A program made the translations under genes and the position numbers. Below, piece after piece: positions 48,177 to 57,961 of a stretch of 64,000 nt of DNA. Source of the DNA: a virus (Duplodnaviria; Heunggongvirae; Uroviricota; Caudoviricetes); IMG/VR virus record IMGVR_UViG_3300033146_002139, positions 39,707 through 103,706 of that record. One strand, given 5' to 3'. The first letter of the stretch is position 1, and each line of letters begins with the position of its first letter. The notes below the pieces were generated by a model. The model saw only the letters and a program-made list of their open reading frames with translations. It was not told the DNA's origin and ran no database searches.

Positions 48177-48689
48177 TCACCCTTTACGGTTGTTTTTACG
48201 GCTCTTTTTTTGTTGCTTTGTTTTAGCTCTGTTTTTATCTTTTTTATTATCTTTTTGTTTTTTTTTGGTACTTAAATTTTGTACAAACTTGTCTGCGAAT
48301 TTTTTCATACCTTGCTCAACATCTTTTTTATGTCTATCAGCATGGAGTTTAGCTTCATCGTCTCTACTACTCGGAACTTCACTATAGCCCTCTGCCATTA
48401 GCTTTGCATATTGTTCCCTAGACATGTTTGATGTATCAAGAACAATCCTGTCTGAAAAATCAACCAACGATTCTTTCAAGGCCTTTCCTGCTTTCGCTCC
48501 AGAAATACCGGCTTCGCATGTTGAATCTATCAATTTCTTAGCCTCTTTGTTTTCGAAAAAATCACATTTCCAATTACATCCCTCCGTAGTAGGAGTTGTC
48601 GGACAGGTACTGTTTTTAAAGTGGTCGCAATTTAATTCTCCCCAACTCATAATACCTCTACTTTTTTTTAGGTTTGTACCCAACAACAT
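48177..48689 (-). CDS. Hypothetical protein with a Cys-rich N-terminus and basic tail
   Basis: 170-aa ORF; the likely start is MSWGELNC. Confidence 0.6.
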   Translation of the reverse strand: MLLGTNLKKSRGIMSWGELNCDHFKNSTCPTTPTTEGCNWKCDFFENKEAKKLIDSTCEAGISGAKAGKALKESLVDFSDRIVLDTSNMSREQYAKLMAEGYSEVPSSRDDEAKLHADRHKKDVEQGMKKFADKFVQNLSTKKKQKDNKKDKNRAKTKQQKKSRKNNRKG

Positions 48690-48957
48690 GCAATACTGGT
48701 TTATACTTTACAGAAGTCATCCCATGACCCTTGCATATGTCACAATGAACTATTTTTGACTTTATATCAAAATCACTTCTTGATTCAATCTTGTTTTCAA
48801 CAACACCCGAACCATCACACTTAGGACATCTATATTGTCTTTTAGCTATTTTTTCGATTTTACTTGTATGGCATTCAGAGTGGTAAAACTTACCATCTAA
48901 AACTTTTATGCTGTCGTTATCAACAAATTCTTTACGGCATCCAAAACATTGTTCCAT
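48658..48957 (-). CDS. LIM-like plus DnaJ-type zinc finger protein
   Basis: CFGC...YHSECH, CPKCDGSG and CDICKGHG. Confidence 0.75.
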   Translation of the reverse strand: MEQCFGCRKEFVDNDSIKVLDGKFYHSECHTSKIEKIAKRQYRCPKCDGSGVVENKIESRSDFDIKSKIVHCDICKGHGMTSVKYKPVLHVVGYKPKKK

Positions 48958-49227
48958 TTAAGCCTCCTCTTTTTCGTAACCTTTAATTCCATATATAGGC
49001 TCAAATTCCTCATATGTATATCCGTGCCCATTGCAAATTTCACATTCTGTCTTATTTTCTAATTCTCCACTCCCGTTGCATTTTGGACATTCGAAGGCTC
49101 TTCCTTCTCCTCTGTTTATTGCTTTTTTGTAACATTTTTCATGGTAAAGATTTTTCTCAAAGATTTTTATATTGTCATTATCTTCTAGCTCTCCCCCACA
49201 CTCAAAACACATTTGTTTATTACTCAT
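48958..49227 (-). CDS. LIM-like plus DnaJ-type zinc finger protein (paralogue)
   Basis: CFEC...YHEKCY, CPKCNGSG and CEICNGHG. Confidence 0.75.
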   Translation of the reverse strand: MSNKQMCFECGGELEDNDNIKIFEKNLYHEKCYKKAINRGEGRAFECPKCNGSGELENKTECEICNGHGYTYEEFEPIYGIKGYEKEEA

Positions 49228-49260
49228 GCTTTATCTCCTTATAATTATTATGTGTAACAT

Positions 49261-49289
49261 AATATAACTTTTTTTTTCCTAAAAGTCAA
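49261..49289 (-). promoter_or_regulatory. Sigma70-like promoter
   Basis: TTGACT-N17-TATATT on the minus strand. Confidence 0.65.
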
Positions 49290-49292
49290 GAT

Positions 49293-49835
49293 TTAATGTT
49301 GAGCATTTCGATTCCATTTATAATCTTGTAGCCTGCCGTAAGCAACACAGCCCTCGTTTAAGCATGTGAAATAAAGTCCTTCTCCGTCAAGGCGGCCTTT
49401 TCTTTTACATATAGGACACATATCGCTTTTTATTATATTTCCGTTGGCTCTTTGCTTTCTCATTAAAGCAAGTCCTTCTTCGTACACCTTGGCTCTTCTG
49501 TTGCTTTCCCCAATCTCTCTAAAATGATTCTTTAGTTCTATCTTTCTTTTGATAAAAGAAACTACTCGTTCTCGCCTTGTAGCCCGGTATTTTTTTGTTT
49601 TTACTTTTTTTTCCTTGACTTCTTTCTTTTTACTTCGTATTTTACTAGAGTGCTTTTCAAACAATTCTTCACATGTTTTCTTTCTTTCCGAAACCTGGAA
49701 CAAAGCTCTTGAGATATTCTTAAGAGCTTTTTCCTTTTCTATTAACTCTTTATTTCTTTTTTCTTTTACAGTATTCCTTGTTACGGCTGCCACTATTCCA
49801 ACAACTCCTAAGAAAAGTACTATGAGTGTATACAT
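49293..49835 (-). CDS. Membrane-anchored basic protein with a C-terminal zinc ribbon
   Basis: N-terminal TM; CPICK...CLNEGC. Confidence 0.6.
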   Translation of the reverse strand: MYTLIVLFLGVVGIVAAVTRNTVKEKRNKELIEKEKALKNISRALFQVSERKKTCEELFEKHSSKIRSKKKEVKEKKVKTKKYRATRRERVVSFIKRKIELKNHFREIGESNRRAKVYEEGLALMRKQRANGNIIKSDMCPICKRKGRLDGEGLYFTCLNEGCVAYGRLQDYKWNRNAQH

Positions 49836-49846
49836 GTTTTCTCCTA

Positions 49847-50377
49847 TTATTTGCCGGTTGCAGTATCGTCTATTAATTTCTGCTTATCTCTTAACGACTT
49901 CATCTTATCCTTGTTATCTTCTTTGTTCCCTGTAAATATATCTGTTATTGACTGGTAAGCTGCTGATGATGCTTTAGCTGATAAACTTAAAGAATCTAGT
50001 ACTATCTTTATCTGTCTGGTTATTGGAATGGACTTAAAATTCTTTTTCATATTGGCATATGCAACTTCAAAGTCTAGTCCAAAACTGTAATCCTTATATA
50101 GCATATCCACAAAAGATTGTATTTGCATTTCATTTGTTTTCTTCTTTACTAGTTCCCTAGTTTTTTCAATAACCTTCCAATCTATAACAAGACTCATTGA
50201 GTGGATATGGTCTCTAAAATCTATTTCTTCCTCTATAATAAAATAGTCTTTATTGTCTGTTTTACCAGGAATATCAAGAGTTACTATTTTAGAAAAAACC
50301 TTTGCTCCATGCTCTATATCTGCAATGCCTTTTACCTTATACTTTACCTTCATTTTCGACTCCAGTCCAAATAGCAT
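49847..50377 (-). CDS. Hypothetical protein
   Basis: 176-aa ORF; the start may be MKVKY. Confidence 0.6.
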   Translation of the reverse strand: MLFGLESKMKVKYKVKGIADIEHGAKVFSKIVTLDIPGKTDNKDYFIIEEEIDFRDHIHSMSLVIDWKVIEKTRELVKKKTNEMQIQSFVDMLYKDYSFGLDFEVAYANMKKNFKSIPITRQIKIVLDSLSLSAKASSAAYQSITDIFTGNKEDNKDKMKSLRDKQKLIDDTATGK

Positions 50378-50843
50378 ATGACGGTTCGCAATATAGAAGA
50401 GATATGTCTAACCTTTTTTGTATGCTCATTAAAGTTGCCTTACTGTATTCAAATAAGTCTAAACTATAAATTTCTTCCAAAGTAAACCACCCTGTCTCAG
50501 TTATTTCATCTTTTTTTATCTTAGGTTGCTCATCGCTTCTATGTATATAACTTGCGGCGAAATCTAACTTATCATCATAGTTAGTTATTGATAGAGGGCT
50601 TAATTCTGTTACCTCCAATCCTACCTCCTCGGATGTCTCTCTAGCTATAGCATCTATAGGGTTTTCGCCTATCTCTATCGAACCTCCGGGAAATCCCCAA
50701 GTCCCAACACCCTCTCCTCGTGCTCTTTTTCCAAGTAGGTACTTACCATGAATATTTTGTATAACGGCAGCACAACCCCAAGTTGCATTTACCGGCTTTT
50801 TCTCGTTAAACTTAGAATAAATATTATCCATTATTATTTTCAT
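50337..50843 (-). CDS. Nudix hydrolase
   Basis: Nudix box GGSIEIGENPIDAIARETSEEVG. Confidence 0.9.
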   Translation of the reverse strand: MKIIMDNIYSKFNEKKPVNATWGCAAVIQNIHGKYLLGKRARGEGVGTWGFPGGSIEIGENPIDAIARETSEEVGLEVTELSPLSITNYDDKLDFAASYIHRSDEQPKIKKDEITETGWFTLEEIYSLDLFEYSKATLMSIQKRLDISLLYCEPSYAIWTGVENEGKV

Positions 50844-51390
50844 TTACTTCTCCTAGTATGTTATTAAGTAATTCGTAGTAGCCGTATATTTCTCTTGGCA
50901 CATATTTTAGCCACTCTGTTATTCTGCCTGTTCTTAAAAAGCTTCTAATTTTTGTAGCTCTAATATTGACGATATTATCCGACATTATCATTTCTGTTAG
51001 AAATTGACGATGTTCTTTTGAATACCATTTTCTAGTAGACTCTTCATTTCCATAAATAGTAAAGTCAGGGAAAACGCCAAGTTCTTTAGTTGCATTGTCT
51101 AATACATATTGTCCCCAATTTCCATTGTCTCCCAAATCTTTTAAGGGTCTTATTGTGAGATGATTTTTTTCATCTTTATATACAGCTTCTATCAATTCAG
51201 TTCTTTCTTTAAGTGTAAATGGGTTTCTTTCTGTCCTGGATTCTTGGGCAGAGCCAACAAATACAAGCACATTGTCACATAGTCTTAAAGCATTGTCTAT
51301 AAGCACTTTATGTCCATTATGCAAATGCTGAAAACGTCCAATGGTAAACCCAGTTTTAAATGGCTTGTTTGTCATACTCGATTCTCCCAT
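50824..51390 (-). CDS. nadM: NadM-like NMN/NaMN adenylyltransferase
   Basis: IGRFQHLHNGH, VGSAQES..ERNPFT and IRATKIR; likely start at 51375. Confidence 0.8.
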   Translation of the reverse strand: MGESSMTNKPFKTGFTIGRFQHLHNGHKVLIDNALRLCDNVLVFVGSAQESRTERNPFTLKERTELIEAVYKDEKNHLTIRPLKDLGDNGNWGQYVLDNATKELGVFPDFTIYGNEESTRKWYSKEHRQFLTEMIMSDNIVNIRATKIRSFLRTGRITEWLKYVPREIYGYYELLNNILGEVNENNNG

Positions 51391-51848
51391 TCTGATTTTA
51401 CAAATTCAGGTCGTAGTGCTAAATTATCTTCTAGGTCCATCTCATAAGATACAGCCCTTTTGCTCCACCTACTATCAAAATCAGAATCTATAAGAATTAT
51501 TTTTTTTGCGTAGGCAGATAATTCTGCAATCTGTGTGTCGCTATATTGTGAAACTTCTTCGCCGTACCATAAGTAATCATATTCAATATCTCCAACTTCG
51601 TCAATCAAAAAAAGCTGTATATTTTCTCGAAGTTTATTATCTAAATATCGTAATCCCATTTTTTGAAAACTTAGTTCGAGTTCTGTCTTGACTGTTATCA
51701 CAATAGGCATTTGACATGTTTTGATATAATCCGCAACAAGATGTGATTTTCCCGTTCTGTGAACTCCGTAGAGATATGTTGCATAATTATCGTTTATTTT
51801 TCTTTTCACATATTTTTGTTTATTTGATAACATTTTTTCTCCTACCAA
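51372..51848 (-). CDS. Small P-loop NTPase-like protein
   Basis: Walker A GVHRTGKS and Walker B-like FLIDE. Confidence 0.55.
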   Translation of the reverse strand: MVGEKMLSNKQKYVKRKINDNYATYLYGVHRTGKSHLVADYIKTCQMPIVITVKTELELSFQKMGLRYLDNKLRENIQLFLIDEVGDIEYDYLWYGEEVSQYSDTQIAELSAYAKKIILIDSDFDSRWSKRAVSYEMDLEDNLALRPEFVKSEWENRV

Positions 51849-52043
51849 TTAGATTTCTATTTCTTGCTCTTCTTTTTCTGCTTTATTTATAAGAGGACAT
51901 TTTTTTGGAATCTTATCATTTCTTCTGTAAATAAATAAGTCTAGTTTTTTACAAAACTCGTCTTCTGCTTCACCTTTTTCCGCAAGATAAGGGCATTCTT
52001 TACAATTCCTAATCTCTAATATTTTTACTATTTCTTTTTTCAT
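51849..52043 (-). CDS. Small Cys-rich phage protein
   Basis: C..CPY...C...IP..CPL. Confidence 0.6.
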   Translation of the reverse strand: MKKEIVKILEIRNCKECPYLAEKGEAEDEFCKKLDLFIYRRNDKIPKKCPLINKAEKEEQEIEI

Positions 52044-52373
52044 TTAAAGCTCCGTTAAGTCATACTTTTTTATGAAAAAATCCAGATGGTTTATATTCAT
52101 GTTTATCCATAAAAAATAACTAGGACTATTCATTGTTGAGAAACCTGTCTCAATGTATTCTTCTCTCCAGTGCTCCTTCCTGTGAATAAAAACAGTATGG
52201 CATTTGTTATTATACATTCTAATTACTTCATTAAAAGACATATCTATCTTTTGCCTTGCCATAGACTTTGTGCAATCTAAAATATCAACTCTAACCTCAA
52301 AAGCTTTGTTCTTAGCATCTTTAAATAGCTCTATCATATTGATTTTTTTTATATCGTAAAACTTATGGGACAT
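52044..52373 (-). CDS. Hypothetical protein
   Basis: 109-aa ORF with RBS GGAGG. Confidence 0.65.
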   Translation of the reverse strand: MSHKFYDIKKINMIELFKDAKNKAFEVRVDILDCTKSMARQKIDMSFNEVIRMYNNKCHTVFIHRKEHWREEYIETGFSTMNSPSYFLWINMNINHLDFFIKKYDLTEL

Positions 52374-52389
52374 CTGAACCTCCTTGTGA

Positions 52390-52641
52390 CTAAATTTTTA
52401 CATTCACCTTGAAAGCGTTACTTGATATAGGGGTTATTGATATTTCTTTTTCAAAATAGATGTTGAGAGATTTTTCATCTAATGTTTCGCTCATGGAAAA
52501 TCTCTCTCCTTGGCAAGTAAATCTTTTGGTCTCGCTTGTGTTATATACTGCATCTTCAAGCTCCTGTACTCTCTTTTGGAGTAAGACTATATATTCTAAC
52601 AACTGTGCTTTATTCTTCATCTTCTTCCTCTTTTTCTTCAT
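52390..52641 (-). CDS. Hypothetical protein
   Basis: 83-aa ORF; the likely start is MKNKAQ. Confidence 0.55.
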   Translation of the reverse strand: MKKKRKKMKNKAQLLEYIVLLQKRVQELEDAVYNTSETKRFTCQGERFSMSETLDEKSLNIYFEKEISITPISSNAFKVNVKI

Positions 52642-52855
52642 ACATTATTAAAGCAGAATGAATACTGTACCCACCTCTTGTGCTAGTTGAAGAACCTCCA
52701 TAATGATTGGTAGTGGTCCGTGTCTCTGCAACATCAATAACAGTATATTTTATATCTACAATTTTACTATAAAGACTCTTTTCTAACCATGTATTTATGA
52801 TTTCATCTAAATTCCCTTTGTGTGTATAAACTTCAATTACTCTCATATTAAGCAC
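52610..52855 (-). CDS. Small protein (Cse60/DUF2758-like)
   Basis: LDEIINTWLE...IVDIKYT...SALIMY pattern. Confidence 0.5.
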   Translation of the reverse strand: MLNMRVIEVYTHKGNLDEIINTWLEKSLYSKIVDIKYTVIDVAETRTTTNHYGGSSTSTRGGYSIHSALIMYEEKEEEDEE

Positions 52856-53726
52856 CCCTCTTGCTTGTAGTTTGTTATCAACACTTCTATGCTTGTATTT
52901 TTTGTTTTACTCTTTAATTGGTAATTTGAATTTGAATAATCAGCAGTTAGGAAGTTCACTTCATACCCCCTTTTGTCAATCCATTCTTTTAGTATCGTAT
53001 TATCTTTGCCTTTATGATGAATAACGTTGGATAGTGCAAACTTTACACTTCTTGAATTTAGACTATCTAAAATTTTGAGCAATTCTAATTCTTCCTTTTC
53101 CGACCATCCTTTAAAACCTCTTTTTCCGTCATTGTAAGAGCCAGTTGATATTAGGTATGGAGGGTCACAATAAACTAAATCATCTTGATTTAATATGTCG
53201 AAATTAAAATCCTCGAAGCTTAGGTTTTCAAATTTAATATCTTTTGTTTTTAATAGTAATATAAAATCAATAAGATTTTTTTTCATAACCGCATTGAAAG
53301 AACTCCTATTTTTCCCAAAAGAAGTATTAAAATCGTGACTATTATTAAATCTAATCTGATGGTTAAAAGAATAAGCTATCAAAACAAATAAATCCAATGA
53401 ATATCCTGTTTTGTTATAGAAACTTCTAAACGAATTATACCCCTCCTTATTAGATAGCGACAACCCATACTCTTCTATTCTTTTTTCTATATGCGTTATG
53501 GAATTTTGAATATCCTCTAATACAAGTGTCTCAAATAGGTCTACCAGGTAAATAAGGTTATCGTTAAACACTATCTTTTCAGCTTTTATATTCGCCCAAC
53601 ATTAAAACCTCCTGCGAATAAATCAACAAAAATATCAATGTTAGATGGAAATAGTGGCAATATTTGCGGAAGTAGTTTAAACTTCCCACCAGTGTAGTTG
53701 ATTGGTGATTTCTTAAGCTCTTTCAT
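52843..53726 (-). pseudogene. Dam-family DNA adenine methyltransferase with an apparent 1-nt frameshift near 53595
   Basis: The 5' part is MKELKKSPINYTGGKFKLL...VDLFAGGFNVG and the 3' part in another frame carries FN.SFG and YCDPPY. Total length is 884 nt, one short of a codon multiple. Confidence 0.8.
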
Positions 53727-53745
53727 CTTAGCTCCTGTTTTCATA

Positions 53746-55440
53746 TTATCCTATCCTGTATATTTCTTTTTCATTTATAACGGAAAAATATTTACTGTGT
53801 TTTTTGATATTGCTCTCGCCTGTTACTATTTCACAGTCAAAGTCTTTGTAGATATTCTTCTTGTAAGAAAATCCTCTTATCTTCTTATCTTCCGGTATAA
53901 AAATAATATTATTATTTAAGTCGAGATTGTTTAATGATGTATGATACTTTATTTTATTTGTATGATACTCTATTGCATATTTTGACATAATGTAAGTATT
54001 AAAAATACCTTTATCATCTTCTGTAATATACAGCCAATTACCTGTTACATCGTCATGATGAAAGCTCCAATCAACTATTTTTCCAAATGCTCTTATTTCC
54101 TGCATATATCCGGAAATATTGATTACTTTGTAATTATCGTACATATTTACTATGGCGAATACGTCCCTATTTACAACTTTAAACATACTGTTTATAGAAA
54201 GATGTGCTAGGGTAGTTTCAGATGTATAGCCTTCAAAAACAGAAATCTCTACAAGAGTTCCGCTTAAACTATGGTAATATATCTTATCATTATTTACTAT
54301 GATATCAGAATTATATTGTTTTTTTACTAAGTTTCCATGTAGTGTAAAATTAGATTTTGTAGAAACAATCAAATCGTGCTTCTTGACTTGCTTTGTTTTG
54401 TAAAACTTTATTCCGGTCTCATACTTGTATATCCCTATTTTATCCGGAATAGACTTTATCATTCCATTGTCGCTAAGATAGATATCTTTGTTTATTATCA
54501 TGCTTATGTCATCATTTTCAAACATCAACACATAAGGTATTTTCGATTTAGAATCAACTTTTACAGGAGTTCTTAATATCTCTGCATTTTTATTACAAAT
54601 AGGACAACTGTCGAAATCAGCATAATAATAACTATTACAATCCTTACAATGCTTGTTTTTCCCCAAAAAATCATTAATTTGAGGACCAACAGAAATTCGC
54701 AATTTAGATTCAAATATTTCTTTTAACTTGTGCAGTAATATCGGAGATATAAACTCATAACTACCTATAAACTTCGGAATTCTAACATCATCATTACCTA
54801 TAAGAGTTCGCCTTCTTTTTATCCTTTCTACTATGTTCATATCTGGGTTAGTAGTCCCTCCGAAAGGGTGAATATTTGCTAACATCTTAAATGTTAGTAT
54901 TGCAAAAGAAAACCAATCAGTTTCTTTAGAAAAGTGACTATCCGTCAATAAGGGGTCTTTAAATGTTTCCATCGCAACATCACAATCAATTCCAGCAACA
55001 CTCCAACTGTCAGTATCAATAAAGCATATGTTGTTGTACTTATCGAATAAGATATTGCTATCATTTAAGTCTCCAACAACTACACCATTCTTGTGTATTT
55101 TTGTTAATGCAAGTTCTATTGCTACTAATAGCTTTAATACTTTAACCGTATCTATCTTATTGGCTTTCCTAAATTTTTTATTCCCAAGACGCTTAATCTC
55201 ATCTCCATCAAATACATCCATAGAGTAACCAATAAATTTATTGTTGTTATCGTATATAATATCCGTAGGAAAAGATGCGGAACGACCTTTAAAGCTCATT
55301 AAGACATCTATTTTTTTCTTTTTACTATCCATATCTATATGAGATTTGAAAATCTTATATATGGATTTTTTAGATTTATATATAATCCCCTCACCACCTT
55401 CAGCTATTGGGTTTTTGAGTTTATTTTTCTCTACTAGCAT
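53746..55440 (-). CDS. Ser/Thr protein kinase with zinc ribbon (TerY-P-type)
   Basis: IAEGGEGIIY, YKIF, GDLNDSNILF, IDTDSW, DWFSF and HPFGG, followed by CKDC...CPIC. Confidence 0.88.
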   Translation of the reverse strand: MLVEKNKLKNPIAEGGEGIIYKSKKSIYKIFKSHIDMDSKKKKIDVLMSFKGRSASFPTDIIYDNNNKFIGYSMDVFDGDEIKRLGNKKFRKANKIDTVKVLKLLVAIELALTKIHKNGVVVGDLNDSNILFDKYNNICFIDTDSWSVAGIDCDVAMETFKDPLLTDSHFSKETDWFSFAILTFKMLANIHPFGGTTNPDMNIVERIKRRRTLIGNDDVRIPKFIGSYEFISPILLHKLKEIFESKLRISVGPQINDFLGKNKHCKDCNSYYYADFDSCPICNKNAEILRTPVKVDSKSKIPYVLMFENDDISMIINKDIYLSDNGMIKSIPDKIGIYKYETGIKFYKTKQVKKHDLIVSTKSNFTLHGNLVKKQYNSDIIVNNDKIYYHSLSGTLVEISVFEGYTSETTLAHLSINSMFKVVNRDVFAIVNMYDNYKVINISGYMQEIRAFGKIVDWSFHHDDVTGNWLYITEDDKGIFNTYIMSKYAIEYHTNKIKYHTSLNNLDLNNNIIFIPEDKKIRGFSYKKNIYKDFDCEIVTGESNIKKHSKYFSVINEKEIYRIG

Positions 55441-56042
55441 GATATCTCCGATGTCGTAAGTATGTAGTCCAAAATACCCCTTAGTGGTTTTGTTTTTTGA
55501 AACAAGATAAAATCTGTTTTTATCTTGTCTAGTTGTTTTCTTATTTCAGTTCCATCTGATTCGTTTCCAATATTAAAGATTTTGCTTACTACGGTAAGAG
55601 TGCATTTGTAATATGCTCCTATAGACCTTCCTAGATTATCATAAAGAACATCTTCGTCTACTAGTTTTTTACTGCCATACAGTTTTAAAGATATGTATAT
55701 TATGTTTTTAGTATCATCTATGCCATACGAACAGTTCTTCATATTATGAAAAGCATCGTAAATATCTTGAGACAGCCAATAGTAAAACATCCATTTATGG
55801 CTAAAAGACTTAATTCTGTATCCTTCGTAGCTAGTATCTTTGACCGGAATTACAACACTGGGACTTCCTAAAAGATTTGCAGAACAAATGGCTCTTTGCG
55901 GAGATATTATTTCCAGGCATTTAGTTTTTGGATTTTTAACTTTTTTATAATTATAATTAAATAATACAACTTTCCAAAATCTTTTACTAAAAATTAAAAA
56001 TGGTAATGATATGGTAATGTCTAGCAATGATGGTTTATTCAT
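55434..56042 (-). CDS. Hypothetical protein between the phosphatase and kinase
   Basis: 202-aa ORF overlapping the kinase start. Confidence 0.6.
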   Translation of the reverse strand: MNKPSLLDITISLPFLIFSKRFWKVVLFNYNYKKVKNPKTKCLEIISPQRAICSANLLGSPSVVIPVKDTSYEGYRIKSFSHKWMFYYWLSQDIYDAFHNMKNCSYGIDDTKNIIYISLKLYGSKKLVDEDVLYDNLGRSIGAYYKCTLTVVSKIFNIGNESDGTEIRKQLDKIKTDFILFQKTKPLRGILDYILTTSEISC

Positions 56043-56050
56043 ATATTCCT

Positions 56051-56725
56051 CTATAGTATAAAAGTTATATCGTCTTTAAGTTTTTCTTTGTTTATATTTA
56101 AAAACCTTTTCATCTTGAATGTTTCCCTGTTTATAAGTAGTGTCTCAAACTTTGGTTTAATATTTTTATTTCTTAGCACATACCTAAGTCCGTCAGTAGC
56201 CACTCCCACATCTTTGAAATCCGTGTCAATATTTATGTGTCTTATCTTTATATCTTCAATAGTGATTAAGTCTTTATATGCTTTTTTATTACTTATAAAA
56301 TTATACATATAGTAAAACGGATATTCCCCATTGTCAATACAAGTGTAATCAATAACTCTTTCTTCTAAAGTAAAAAAATAACCGTCACCACAGTAGAATA
56401 TGTCTGTTTTTTCTCCATTCTTCTGAGCTATAAATATAGTAAATGACAAATAATCTCTAAGGTCTTTATTTGAGGAACCTGTAGTTTTTATTATTACAGC
56501 AAAAATACTATCTATTAGATAGGTTATAAAATCCAGGTTCAGTGCCACTTCGGCTTTTTCTGTAGCCTCTTCAAATATCTTGCAAAACAATTTAGCACCT
56601 ACCTCAGAATGTTGTCCGGAGGAACAACCATCTACAACAACCTTATACCTGTCATTTTCAAAGCCATAATCCTGATTATTGATTCCATACTCAATATGTT
56701 CCGAACCTGTTTTATTTATAAACAT
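56051..56725 (-). CDS. PP2C-like protein phosphatase (TerY-P-type)
   Basis: G..H....NNQD, VVVDGCSSG..SEVGA, CGDG, VATDG and DDITF. Confidence 0.88.
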   Translation of the reverse strand: MFINKTGSEHIEYGINNQDYGFENDRYKVVVDGCSSGQHSEVGAKLFCKIFEEATEKAEVALNLDFITYLIDSIFAVIIKTTGSSNKDLRDYLSFTIFIAQKNGEKTDIFYCGDGYFFTLEERVIDYTCIDNGEYPFYYMYNFISNKKAYKDLITIEDIKIRHINIDTDFKDVGVATDGLRYVLRNKNIKPKFETLLINRETFKMKRFLNINKEKLKDDITFIL

Positions 56726-56733
56726 ACTCGCCC

Positions 56734-56988
56734 CTAGTTTGGTTGTCTTGTAGTTGGATGTTTCTCTGCTTTTTCTGCTAAAAGAATTACCTCATCAGCA
56801 AATTCTTCATCGAACTCTCTTATAGATTTCGCATATTCTCTTAGAGCGGGTCCCGCATTTACATCTTTAAGCTTTATAACAAAAAACTCGTCTTCTTCGT
56901 TGTCTCCCCATTCAATCTTATTTGTCCTAAGATTTATAAGTGCATACTTGCCTCTTCCATTTTCGTTCTCGTTTTTATCTAACTTCAT
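56734..56988 (-). CDS. Conserved small phage protein
   Basis: GKYAL...FFVIKLKD..A..AL..YA. Confidence 0.6.
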   Translation of the reverse strand: MKLDKNENENGRGKYALINLRTNKIEWGDNEEDEFFVIKLKDVNAGPALREYAKSIREFDEEFADEVILLAEKAEKHPTTRQPN

Positions 56989-56996
56989 AAATCCTC

Positions 56997-57710
56997 CTAA
57001 ATTGTTATTTTATCCAATAAAACTAAGACCCTGTAAACAAACATATCTATACTTTCGTCTTGGTTTTGATTAAATTCTTTTATCCACTCATTATGCTCGT
57101 AACCAACCATTTTATACGAATAGTGAATATCAATGTGATACCCATATCCTGCTGTAGAAAATTTGATATTCTTGATGTATTCATTAACTCTCTCTGGAAA
57201 ATCGGTCTGCCATCCTGACAATTCTTTATCAGTGTCACTTCCTATAAATTCTCTTAGAGAGGACAGTCCTTGTCGTAGAAACCATACAACTCCAACACGT
57301 CCTCCTATATTTTTTGTTATATTTATATCTACTTTTCCCGGTATCTGTGTTTCAATAGGAATGAGCTTATATTTTCCTAAAAAAATATTATAATCCGTTC
57401 TCCATTGTTCTAATAATTGTATTGGAGGTTTTTTAATGACTGCATTGATAAAATAAAACTTTATCATTTCCGTGTTATCACAAATAATATCAAGTAGATT
57501 GGTGTGGCTATCGGTGTTATTGTGTGAATAGTCAAACATTAGCTTATCAACTCCGTATCTATCCCAATTAGATTGCTTCTCATACGACATCCCAGTCGCA
57601 AGCATCCAATTTAAAATTTCAAGATTGAAAGATAAATCACTTGAAATCTTATTGTCAAATAATTTCTGAAAATAAACTCTTTTTCTCTTTAAAACTTTTC
57701 TAAATTTCAC
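56997..57710 (-). CDS. Hypothetical protein
   Basis: 237-aa ORF with RBS GGAGG. Confidence 0.65.
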   Translation of the reverse strand: MKFRKVLKRKRVYFQKLFDNKISSDLSFNLEILNWMLATGMSYEKQSNWDRYGVDKLMFDYSHNNTDSHTNLLDIICDNTEMIKFYFINAVIKKPPIQLLEQWRTDYNIFLGKYKLIPIETQIPGKVDINITKNIGGRVGVVWFLRQGLSSLREFIGSDTDKELSGWQTDFPERVNEYIKNIKFSTAGYGYHIDIHYSYKMVGYEHNEWIKEFNQNQDESIDMFVYRVLVLLDKITI

Positions 57711-57721
57711 GATTCCTCCTT

Positions 57722-57952
57722 TTAATACAAGTCTTCTGCTAAATCTTTTAATTTGTCGTTTAAATCGTCTAAATCGGGCAGTGGCTCTTTCAATATTCCA
57801 ACTATCTCATTGACTCTACTTTCAATATCGTCAATAAAATCTTTGACCTTATCGTGAGAAATCATATTCTCCAACATCTCATTTTCTAGTATTTCATCTG
57901 TATTATAATCTCTTATATCTATAGATTCGCTTAAAATGTCTTGTCTATTCAT
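57722..57952 (-). CDS. Small acidic protein
   Basis: 76-aa ORF with RBS GAGA. Confidence 0.6.
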   Translation of the reverse strand: MNRQDILSESIDIRDYNTDEILENEMLENMISHDKVKDFIDDIESRVNEIVGILKEPLPDLDDLNDKLKDLAEDLY

Positions 57953-57961
57953 CCGTCTCTC

